From Bdellovibrionota bacterium (GTDB lineage Bacteria > Bdellovibrionota > UBA1018 > UBA923): a stretch of 18,532 nt of DNA. The stretch lies in the NCBI GenBank assembly GCA_040754655.1, contig JBFMCE010000079.1, forward strand, positions 1 to 18,532. Reading direction: 5' to 3'. The position numbers were made by a program, and so were the translations under genes. Below the pieces are notes generated by a model. It saw only the letters and a list, made by a program, of their open reading frames with translations, made no database searches and was not told the origin of the DNA. How positions within the stretch are numbered: the first letter of the stretch is position 1; every line of letters starts with the position of its first letter. Below, piece by piece: positions 8,827 through 16,900 of the stretch.

Positions 8827-10494
8827 ATGGAAGATCAAAAATTCAAATCAGAACTCGAGAAATGGAAAAAGAAGCTCGCTGATCACGAGAGAAAGAATCC
8901 GCCGCTGAAGAAGAGGTTTTCGACTTTAAGTGACATGGAAGTGCCGCTCATGTGCACTCCAGAAGAGATGAAAGATTTTGATTACACCAGGGACTTGGGT
9001 TTCCCGGGCGAATTTCCGTATACTCGCGGCGTGCACACTAATATGTACCGCGGCAAGATGTGGACGATGCGTCAGTTCTCGGGCTTTGGAACCGCCGAAG
9101 ATACGAATCAACGCTACAAGATTCTTTTAGAAAGAGGCCAACAGGGATTGAGCGTTGCTTTTGACATGCCTACGTTGATGGGACTTGATAGCGATAGTCC
9201 GCTTTCAAAGGGCGAAGTGGGCAAATGCGGCGTTGCCGTCGACACTCTTGCGGACATGGAAGTGCTATTCGATGGCATTCCCCTTGGCGATATCACCACC
9301 AGCATGACGATCAATTCGCCTGCGCCAGTGCTCCTTGCCATGTATGTGGCGGTTGCCGAAGAGCGAGGTGTTTCGAAGGATAAGATCCGGGGCACGCTTC
9401 AGAATGATATTTTGAAGGAATACATCGCCCAGAAGGAATGGATTTTTCCGCCCAAACCCAGCATGCGATTGGTTGCGGATACTCTTGAGTACTGCACGAA
9501 AGAGCTTCCCAATTGGAATACGATTTCGATCAGCGGTTATCACATTCGCGAAGCGGGCGCGACGGCTGTGCAAGAATTGGCCTTCACCTTGGCTGACGGT
9601 ATCGCTTACGTGCAAGCAGGGGTTGATCGTGGTTTGGATGTTGATGAATTCGCGCCAAGGCTTTCTTATTTCTGGGATGTCCACAATGATTTCTTCGAAG
9701 AGATAGCGAAATTCAGGGCCGGTCGAAGGATGTGGGCGCACATCATGCGTGACCGGTTCAAAGCAAAGAACCCGCGCTCTTGGATGCTCAGGACCCATGC
9801 CCAGACGGCAGGAGTCTCACTTACGGCTCAGCAACCCCTGAACAATATCGCAAGAGTCACGATTCAAGGGTTGGCTGCGGTATTGGGTGGGACCAATTCG
9901 CTTCACACCAATTCAATGGATGAAACACTGGCTCTTCCCACCGAGCAAGCTGTGATGGTGGCTTTGCGTACGCAACAGATCATCGCTGAGGAATCAGGTG
10001 TTTCCAACGTGGTTGATCCACTGGGCGGGAGTTATTTTGTCGAGTGGCTCACCAATAAAGTTGAAGCCGAGGCTTATGCCTACATCAAGAAGATCGATGA
10101 GCTTGGCGGGATGATGGAAGCGATCGATAAAGGCTATCCTCAGTCTGAGATCGCCAATGCCGCCTATCATTTCCAAAGGCAACTTGAGACCAAAGAAAAG
10201 GTAATGGTGGGTGTCAATAAGCATCAGGTCGATGAATCAGCCAGATCAATTGACGTGCTTTACATTGATCGCGCTGTCGAAGAGAGGCAAGTCAGAAAAG
10301 TCGAGGAGATCAGAAAGAAGCGCGATAAAAAGAAAGTTGAAGCGACTCTTCAAGAGCTTAAAAGAGCTTGCGAAGGATCAGAGAATACGATGCCGCATAT
10401 CTTGAACTGTGTGAAGGCTTATGCGACGGTTCAGGAAATCTGCGATGTGATGAAGAAGGTTTTTGGGTCATACCGTGACCCAGGAATGTTCTGA
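8827..10494 (+). CDS. icmA: AdoCbl-dependent acyl-CoA mutase large (substrate-binding) subunit, isobutyryl-CoA mutase type (555 aa)
   Basis: [67 protein letters not shown]. No B12 domain. Phe84 and Gln202 sit where MCM has Tyr89 and Arg207. ATG 8827 follows GAGGA. Confidence 0.85.
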   Translation: MEDQKFKSELEKWKKKLADHERKNPPLKKRFSTLSDMEVPLMCTPEEMKDFDYTRDLGFPGEFPYTRGVHTNMYRGKMWTMRQFSGFGTAEDTNQRYKILLERGQQGLSVAFDMPTLMGLDSDSPLSKGEVGKCGVAVDTLADMEVLFDGIPLGDITTSMTINSPAPVLLAMYVAVAEERGVSKDKIRGTLQNDILKEYIAQKEWIFPPKPSMRLVADTLEYCTKELPNWNTISISGYHIREAGATAVQELAFTLADGIAYVQAGVDRGLDVDEFAPRLSYFWDVHNDFFEEIAKFRAGRRMWAHIMRDRFKAKNPRSWMLRTHAQTAGVSLTAQQPLNNIARVTIQGLAAVLGGTNSLHTNSMDETLALPTEQAVMVALRTQQIIAEESGVSNVVDPLGGSYFVEWLTNKVEAEAYAYIKKIDELGGMMEAIDKGYPQSEIANAAYHFQRQLETKEKVMVGVNKHQVDESARSIDVLYIDRAVEERQVRKVEEIRKKRDKKKVEATLQELKRACEGSENTMPHILNCVKAYATVQEICDVMKKVFGSYRDPGMF

Positions 10495-10521
10495 TAACAA
10501 ACGATATTGGAGCGAGAACGT

Positions 10522-10953
10522 ATGGGTACTCAACCTGCCATGAAAAAAACTTCAAAGATCCGCGTTTTAATCGCAAAACCTGGATTAGACGGCCATGACC
10601 GCGGTGCAAAAGTGATTGCAAGGGCCCTGCGTGATGCGGGGTTTGAGGTGATCTATACGGGCTTGCACCAGACGCCCGAGATGATCATCAACGCGGCGAT
10701 TGAAGAAGATGTGCATGTCGTGGGCTTGAGCATCCTTTCGGGCGCGCACAATGCCTTGGTTCCTGAAGTCATTGAAGGTGTAAAAAAGGCGGGCGCTGAT
10801 GATGTCTTGTTTTTAGTAGGCGGCATCATTCCCGATGAAGACATGGAAGCGCTCAAGAAATGCGGCGTGCAGATGGTGTTTACGCCGGGTGCGAGCATTG
10901 ATGGTGTGATCGATTACATCAAGACCCATGTAAAAGAGCGGCCGGTAACTTAA
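10522..10953 (+). CDS. icmB: Cobalamin-binding small subunit of the acyl-CoA mutase
   Basis: [10 protein letters not shown] (DxHxxG), [21 protein letters not shown] 10522 follows GGAG at 10509-10512; ATG 10540 is an alternative start. Confidence 0.88.
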   Translation: MGTQPAMKKTSKIRVLIAKPGLDGHDRGAKVIARALRDAGFEVIYTGLHQTPEMIINAAIEEDVHVVGLSILSGAHNALVPEVIEGVKKAGADDVLFLVGGIIPDEDMEALKKCGVQMVFTPGASIDGVIDYIKTHVKERPVT

Positions 10954-10964
10954 GTTTAGCCTTC

Positions 10965-12539
10965 TTATAGTCGCTTTTCTGTTTTTATCATTTGCGTGAA
11001 TGCGACGATCAGATCGGGTAGGGCCTTAAGTCTTCTGGTAAGAGACCTTCGAAACATTACCTCAGCGAATTTTCTGAACATCTGTGTTTGATGTGGAGTG
11101 TAGGGGAACCACCACAGTGATTTGAAAAGCGGGGCCCACCACTTAGGTTTGTGAATATGACGGACATTCACGAACTCTAGGAATCCAAGATCCGAATGAA
11201 CCCGTCCAAATCCGCTGTCCTTTACGCCTCCCCATGGCGTTTCGGCAAGGCCATGAGTGTAGAGCACTTCATTGATCAACACGCTTCCCGCTTCGATCTT
11301 CTTTGCGAGTTGTTCTGCCATGGCCACATCTTTTGAGATGACGCTGGCAAGTAAGCCGTATTTCGTGTCATTGGCTTTTTCAATGGCTTCTTGAGTGGTC
11401 TTGAATTTTGTTACGGCAACGACGGGGCCAAAAGTCTCTTCTTGATAGATTTTTGTTTTTTCAATCGGGTTGCCTGATTGCCCCGGCGGATTGGTGACTA
11501 TGGTAGGCTCAAGAAACGTGTGATCCTTTGAGAATTTTCCTCCGTGCAAGATAGACGAGTTGTCTTTGGAAAGCTCTGCGAGTTGGTGAGCGTAGATTTC
11601 CTTTTGTTTTTCGTATGTGGCAACACCGAGATCACCTTCGCCCAAGTGGCCTCCGTGCCTTAGTTTTCCGACTTTGCTCTTAAGCGTGTTCACAAATTGG
11701 TCGTGAATCGACTCGTGTACGATCACTCTTTCCGTTGAGGCGCAAACTTGCCCGGAGTTGGCGAACCCGCCCCAGAGTGCGGCACTTGTCGCAAAATCAA
11801 TGTCGGCATCGGGCATGACGACCATCGGATCTTTTCCACCGAGCTCTAATACGACTGGGGTCAAAGTTTCAGAGGCCGCCGCCATGACTTTCTTCCCGGT
11901 CGCCACGCTTCCAGTGAAAAAGATCTTGTCGAGTTTGGCTTTTACTAAAGCGGCGCCTCGTGAAGGATCTCCTACGACGAGTTGCAAGAGGTGCTTTGGA
12001 AGACAAGCGTGCTCAAAGATTTCTACGATTTTTCGGCCAATAAGGGGGGTAACTTCGCTAGGTTTGAAGATGACGGCGTTTCCGGCCATTAGGGCCAAAG
12101 CGATTTCTCCCAGCGGGATCGAGAACGGAAAATTCCACGGCGCGATGATTGCAACGACTCCTTTGGGCCAAAAGTGCAAATAGCTCTTTCTATGTTTCAT
12201 GATGCGCATCGGGATAGGTTGATCCTTCAAGAGTTTTGGCGCGCGCTTGGCATACTGCGTGAGTAAATCTAGCGTGGGGATGATGTCGTTCACCATCGCC
12301 TCGAACCTAGGTTTGCCGTTTTCTCGGCTTATAAGCTCGGCAATTGAATCAATATTGTCTAAGATGTGTTCACGCGCGTTGATGAAGTAAGGCATCCGAT
12401 CTTTGGGTGAGAGCTGTGACCATGCTTGTTGGGCAGCTCTGGCTTGGGCAACAAGCACCGGTATTTGATCAAGAGGAGTCTGCGGGATTTGGCCCAAGGT
12501 CTCGCCAGTAGCAGGGTCGCGCGAAGTGATGGTTTCCAT
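10965..12539 (-). CDS. NAD(P)-dependent aldehyde dehydrogenase family protein
   Basis: PWNFP, KPSEVTP, FFTGSVATG, LELGGKDP (catalytic Glu), NSGQVC (catalytic Cys), EETFGPV, PWGGVKDSGFGR, and a C-terminal WWFPY extension. Confidence 0.95.
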   Translation of the reverse strand: METITSRDPATGETLGQIPQTPLDQIPVLVAQARAAQQAWSQLSPKDRMPYFINAREHILDNIDSIAELISRENGKPRFEAMVNDIIPTLDLLTQYAKRAPKLLKDQPIPMRIMKHRKSYLHFWPKGVVAIIAPWNFPFSIPLGEIALALMAGNAVIFKPSEVTPLIGRKIVEIFEHACLPKHLLQLVVGDPSRGAALVKAKLDKIFFTGSVATGKKVMAAASETLTPVVLELGGKDPMVVMPDADIDFATSAALWGGFANSGQVCASTERVIVHESIHDQFVNTLKSKVGKLRHGGHLGEGDLGVATYEKQKEIYAHQLAELSKDNSSILHGGKFSKDHTFLEPTIVTNPPGQSGNPIEKTKIYQEETFGPVVAVTKFKTTQEAIEKANDTKYGLLASVISKDVAMAEQLAKKIEAGSVLINEVLYTHGLAETPWGGVKDSGFGRVHSDLGFLEFVNVRHIHKPKWWAPLFKSLWWFPYTPHQTQMFRKFAEVMFRRSLTRRLKALPDLIVAFTQMIKTEKRL

Positions 12540-12589
12540 AGTAGTTTCATCATACCATATCGAAAGGTATAAACGGAGAACCGACTATT

Positions 12590-14533
12590 ATGGGTCGTGA
12601 GAGATTAGAAAAAGATTCTACTCAAGGAAGACTGCGAGGCATTCTCGGGGATGATGATCTCGGCATACCTGCGGCTCAATTGAATGCGGTGGCCCATCGA
12701 GTTTTAGAGTCGCGTTATTTATTACGCGATCAATCTGGAAAGATTAGCGAAACTCCTCGCCAGCTTTTTACTCGGGTCGCCAAGGCCGTGGCTAGCGTTG
12801 AGAGAAAATGGTGGAGAAAAAAAGCAGCTGAAAACAGAGACGAAGCCATTGATCAAATCGCTCGCATGTTCTTTGAGCTCATGGCATCGCTGCGATTCTT
12901 GCCAAATTCTCCGACACTTATGAATGCCGGAAAACCTCGTGGTCAACTCAGCGCGTGTTTTGTTCTGCCGCTCGAAGACGATTTGAAGCAAGTTTTTGAG
13001 ACCTTGCGTGACTCTGCCGTCGTGCACAAAACAGGAGGAGGAACCGGGTTCAATTTTGGCAAGATACGCCCTAGTGGTGATCTCATCAGCTCATCGGGTG
13101 GAACAGCGAGTGGACCGCTTGCTTTCTTGAAGATCTTCGATGTCGCTACGAATACCGTAAAGCAGGGGGGGGCACGGCGTGGTGCCAATATGGCGATTAT
13201 GCCGATCGATCATCCTGATATTGAAGAATTCATTCAGAGCAAGATGGATGGTGGCATTGAAAACTTCAATATCTCGGTAGGCATCACTGATGATTTCATG
13301 GCCGCGGCGAAGACAGGACAAGTCTGGCGGCTTAAGCATCCTAAAACTGGGCAAGTCACATCCACCATTAAAGCAAGAAAGCTTTGGCGCGCAATCGCTG
13401 AAGCAGCGTGGAAAAGCGGCGATCCGGGAGTGGTATTCTTAGACCGAATCAACGAAGTGAATCCGACGCCAGAGTGCGGCCCGATGGAGAGCACCAACCC
13501 CTGTGGAGAGCAGCCTCTTCTTGCTTACGAGAGTTGCAACTTGGGCAGCATGAACTTGATGGCTTATTACCAAAAGTCTGGGCTCGATTGGGAATCGCTT
13601 GAGACCGACATCAAATTGGCAGTTCGTTTTTTGGATAATGTGATCGAGGCGAATGCGTATCCGCTTCTTGCAATCGAAGACATTACGCTTGCGAACCGGA
13701 AGATCGGTCTTGGCGTCATGGGATGGGCCGATCTCTTGCTTGAGATGGGGATTGCTTATGATAGCGACCAGGCCCTGCGATTCGCTGATGAAACGATGGG
13801 TAGGATCCAAGCGGTGGCCGTGAAAGCAAGCGAAGACCTTGCGGTTGAGCGCGGAGCTTTCCCAAATTTTCCAAAATCAAGATGGGCGAAGATGGGCCAT
13901 AAACCCAGGCGCAATGCTACAGTCACCACCGTTGCACCGACAGGCACGATCAGTCTAATCGCTGGGGTTACCAGCGGTATTGAGCCAGTATTTTCATTAG
14001 CATTTGAGCGGGTGGGGCTTGATCAAGAGTATATGATTTTCATTCATCCTTCGCTTAAGAGGGCGTTGAAGCAATACAATGTGAGATCAAAGCGCACTCT
14101 TATTCGCGTTGTAGAGACGGGGTCTGTTGCGCACGTCAAGGGATTGCCTGCGAAGGTAAGGAAGGCCTTGAAGACCGCTTCTGAAATTCACCCTCTTTGG
14201 CATGTGAAAATGCAGGCCGTATTTCAAAAGCACACCGAGAATGGCGTTTCAAAAACGATTAATCTGCCAAGTACGGCGACCAAGCAAAACGTGCAGGCTG
14301 TGTATGATGCGGCTTATGCGTTGGGATGCAAAGGGATCACCGTATTTCGAGACACGAGCAAACCTTCGCAAGTCTTGAATACCGGCATTCGCGCCCGTTC
14401 TGGTAGGGCTCAAGACTTGGTTGATGCGGTGAACTGGCTCTTGGATGATGTGGAAGAGGGAAAAAACATTCGGAAAAAAGCCTCGTTTGGGCTTGCTTCC
14501 TTGAGCCGGGCTAAACTTAAACTCAAACGATGA
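12590..14533 (+). CDS. nrdJ: Class II (adenosylcobalamin-dependent) ribonucleotide reductase
   Basis: FLPNSPTLMNAG, QLSACFV, GGGTG, RRGANM, TNPCGEQPL, ESCNLGS, RKIGLGVMG, APTGTIS, SKTIN, CKGITVFRD. No class I YY dyad and no nrdB nearby. Confidence 0.93.
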   Translation: MGRERLEKDSTQGRLRGILGDDDLGIPAAQLNAVAHRVLESRYLLRDQSGKISETPRQLFTRVAKAVASVERKWWRKKAAENRDEAIDQIARMFFELMASLRFLPNSPTLMNAGKPRGQLSACFVLPLEDDLKQVFETLRDSAVVHKTGGGTGFNFGKIRPSGDLISSSGGTASGPLAFLKIFDVATNTVKQGGARRGANMAIMPIDHPDIEEFIQSKMDGGIENFNISVGITDDFMAAAKTGQVWRLKHPKTGQVTSTIKARKLWRAIAEAAWKSGDPGVVFLDRINEVNPTPECGPMESTNPCGEQPLLAYESCNLGSMNLMAYYQKSGLDWESLETDIKLAVRFLDNVIEANAYPLLAIEDITLANRKIGLGVMGWADLLLEMGIAYDSDQALRFADETMGRIQAVAVKASEDLAVERGAFPNFPKSRWAKMGHKPRRNATVTTVAPTGTISLIAGVTSGIEPVFSLAFERVGLDQEYMIFIHPSLKRALKQYNVRSKRTLIRVVETGSVAHVKGLPAKVRKALKTASEIHPLWHVKMQAVFQKHTENGVSKTINLPSTATKQNVQAVYDAAYALGCKGITVFRDTSKPSQVLNTGIRARSGRAQDLVDAVNWLLDDVEEGKNIRKKASFGLASLSRAKLKLKR

Positions 14534-14561
14534 ACGAAAAGTACTTGTGTAAGAAGTTTGA

Positions 14562-14638
14562 TGGAGCGGGCGAAGGGGCTCGAACCCTCGACCCCGAGCT
14601 TGGGAAGCTCGTGCTCTAGCCAACTGAGCTACGCCCGC
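14562..14638 (-). tRNA. tRNA-Gly (anticodon CCC)
   Basis: Reverse complement GCGGGCGTAGCTCAGTTGGCTAGAGCACGAGCTTCCCAAGCTCGGGGTCGAGGGTTCGAGCCCCTTCGCCCGCTCCA folds as a full cloverleaf, with anticodon loop TTCCCAA, U73 discriminator and encoded CCA. Confidence 0.97.
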
Positions 14639-14873
14639 ACCTTGTATATGTAAAAGACCGAACGTACATAACATCAGCTCAAGACGAACGCAAATACCCT
14701 ACTTATTAATCGTCTGTGCGCTTTTTTCCCCAATCCTCTTTTGTCATCTCATAGAGAAGTTCGTCATCTAAAGTAATGCCAAATGTCTCTCTCTTGATCT
14801 TTTAAAATACCTCTTGGCAACTCTAGCTATGTGTCTTAGCAACGAACAAAGCGTCTATTCTCAAGGGAGCCTC

Positions 14874-16781
14874 ATGATTCAAGCTATTAACTTTGCCATT
14901 TTGGGACTTTTTTTATCTTTCTCAATTCAGAGCGCCCGTGCAGACATCAAATGCAGCGGAGACTCCCAAGGGGAAAAAATAAAAATCGATATTCAATTTG
15001 ATGTCCTCAAGAGCAGTCCACCCCAAGATTCAGTCTCAATAAAAATTGGTGAAGAATTTTATGGCCCCTATGGAAAACATGATCTCGCTTTCTTTCCGGG
15101 TGGGGTAGCCTTTAAAGAAAGATTCTACGGCATTAATGATGTTTCAGGAGAACTCTTGCTCTTTCCTTCAAAAAAGAGAGCTGGAACTTACGATCTTGAG
15201 TTGCGGTCGTCTGGGAATGCAAGCCGTATTTTGGGTCTTAACTGCAAGGTGCACTCAGATAGTTTTTACAGACCTAGCCTTAGTTTGACTAAGAAGGCTG
15301 GCATTGAAAAACTTGTGAAAAGCATCAGTCAAGCGAGCGATTTCGATCGGATTGCAAGCGAAGCACTTTATATCATTCAGAACCTTGTAGGACCCGTACC
15401 GCAGTCACATCTTGTCTATGAAGCTATCTTAAAATCAGAGCGTTTGAATTGGGAAAGTTCAGAAGCAAGGATTCCAGAGCCGTATCACAGGTTCCTCTGG
15501 GCTCACGCTTATGAACAACTTTTGAATGACGCTTCCGTCTCTGATCAACACAAGGCAGAGTTAATCTCTTTTACTTTTAGTAAAGGATCAGCAAGAGAGA
15601 TCGTGCTTGTGACTCTTTCACGTTGGGATTCAATTAAACAGACGCGGGTTTCCCAAGAAAATTTACTTACAAAAGTTTTAGAGAAGATTGATCTTGCCGA
15701 TTCTCATGCAGTTGAAAGCCTGGCTGGTGTGGTTTTTCCGGATGAGTTGAAGGGTTTGCCATCGCGCATGCGGGCGTTAGAGATGGTTTTTGAAAAAGAG
15801 AGAAATTCTCGTGAGCTCCGCACGCTTAGCTTATTTCTTTCAAATTGGGCGGACGATTGGAAAAGCCATTCTGATCTCGATTCAGAAATCGTAGATCGTT
15901 TTATCAGGCACCCGAACTTTGATGCAGAAGTTGGACATTCAATTCTCGAGAGGGTGTTTTACGGAAAAAACGGATTTACTCATAAGACAGTTTTGTCGAG
16001 AGAGATGCAGGTACGAGTTTTGAAAAAACTGCTCGAGAGCCCGAAGCTATTGCTAAAAGACCGGCAAATTTCTGAAATGCTTGTTCGAAAGTGGTCTGAC
16101 CGCGAGCTCTTCCGAAAGGTCGTCGATTCAGAAGAAGCAGATGAACTGAAATTATCAAAGTTGCGGGGGCTGGTTGAAACGCAGTCTGGGGGTGCTTCAA
16201 ACATCGATTTTGTACTGCGATTTCTTTCATCAAAAACGACTGAAGTGAAAGGGGCCTCAGAGTTTGTTCGCTTGGTACTATCGTCGCTCGAGAAGATGGA
16301 CGAACAAGATCTTTATTATTATCTAGAGGGTCGTCACGGCGTACTCATGGAGCTTTTTCGACTCGCAGTGAGTCCTCAAGCAGAATTTTTGGAAGGGTTG
16401 GACGATGTGGCAGGTGCGGTTGCTCGGTCTCATCGTTTGACTCGGGGTTTAATAGCATCATTGAGTTACGTTCTTCTTCATACGGACTCCATGGGAAAGA
16501 TGATTCCAGTAGGATCGAGGGCCGATCTGCTTATTGCTAATGCCATGGGTAAACTTCTCTCTCATGCTCTTGTTGATGATGAGGTTGCCTTTCAACTTGC
16601 AGGTCATTTGTCGCGCCATTACGAAGAGGTTCCAGCTCGCAAGCAATGGGCGGAAAAAATGCTTCGATCTATAGCTGGAAATGAGAAGCTTTCAGCTGAG
16701 ACCAGAGAGCAAGCGCAACTTGTCTATGACCCACAGCCAGGAAAGGCGAGATATTGGAAAGCCGGAGACTTCGGCGAGTAG
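14874..16781 (+). CDS. Hypothetical secreted protein: N-terminal beta-rich domain plus degenerate alpha-helical repeats (635 aa)
   Basis: Long ORF. ATG 14874 follows AAGGGAG, and the Sec-type signal MIQAINFAILGLFLSFSIQSARA/D is present. No recognisable family motif. Confidence 0.8.
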   Translation: MIQAINFAILGLFLSFSIQSARADIKCSGDSQGEKIKIDIQFDVLKSSPPQDSVSIKIGEEFYGPYGKHDLAFFPGGVAFKERFYGINDVSGELLLFPSKKRAGTYDLELRSSGNASRILGLNCKVHSDSFYRPSLSLTKKAGIEKLVKSISQASDFDRIASEALYIIQNLVGPVPQSHLVYEAILKSERLNWESSEARIPEPYHRFLWAHAYEQLLNDASVSDQHKAELISFTFSKGSAREIVLVTLSRWDSIKQTRVSQENLLTKVLEKIDLADSHAVESLAGVVFPDELKGLPSRMRALEMVFEKERNSRELRTLSLFLSNWADDWKSHSDLDSEIVDRFIRHPNFDAEVGHSILERVFYGKNGFTHKTVLSREMQVRVLKKLLESPKLLLKDRQISEMLVRKWSDRELFRKVVDSEEADELKLSKLRGLVETQSGGASNIDFVLRFLSSKTTEVKGASEFVRLVLSSLEKMDEQDLYYYLEGRHGVLMELFRLAVSPQAEFLEGLDDVAGAVARSHRLTRGLIASLSYVLLHTDSMGKMIPVGSRADLLIANAMGKLLSHALVDDEVAFQLAGHLSRHYEEVPARKQWAEKMLRSIAGNEKLSAETREQAQLVYDPQPGKARYWKAGDFGE

Positions 16782-16841
16782 AAGTTGAGCTTTGTTTAAG
16801 AGCTTCCGAGTATAGGATTTTGGGCAGGTGTTAATAAATTT

Positions 16842-16878
16842 AAAACCCCCCCTCAGGCCTGCTTTGGCCTAAGGGGGG
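16842..16878 (-). terminator. Rho-independent terminator for the flavoprotein gene (possibly bidirectional)
   Basis: The minus strand reads CCCCCCTTAGGCC-AAAGCA-GGCCTGAGGGGGG (13-bp stem with one G.U pair) followed by GTTTTAAATTT. It lies 22 nt past the stop and between convergent genes. Confidence 0.85.
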
Positions 16879-16900
16879 CTACTACCTTTACATGTACGTA

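Noticed and set aside
9265..9798. 177-aa antisense ORF and the other short nested or antisense ORFs in the track
   Set aside because: They lie wholly within well-supported genes and have no motifs or RBS, as expected for shadow frames.
8827..10494. Methylmalonyl-CoA mutase call
   Set aside because: It lacks the Tyr/Arg carboxylate-binding pair (has Phe/Gln), and no epimerase or propionyl-CoA carboxylase is adjacent.
12582..12597. NrdR box at the nrdJ start (CGACTATTATGGGTCG)
   Set aside because: It matches fewer than half the consensus positions and has no tandem second box.
14562..14600. tRNA 3'-end duplication (attL/attR) marking an integrated element
   Set aside because: No second copy was noticed in the window and there is no integrase.
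14249..14674. 141-aa minus-strand ORF
   Set aside because: It runs through tRNA-Gly and antisense to nrdJ, so it is a shadow ORF.
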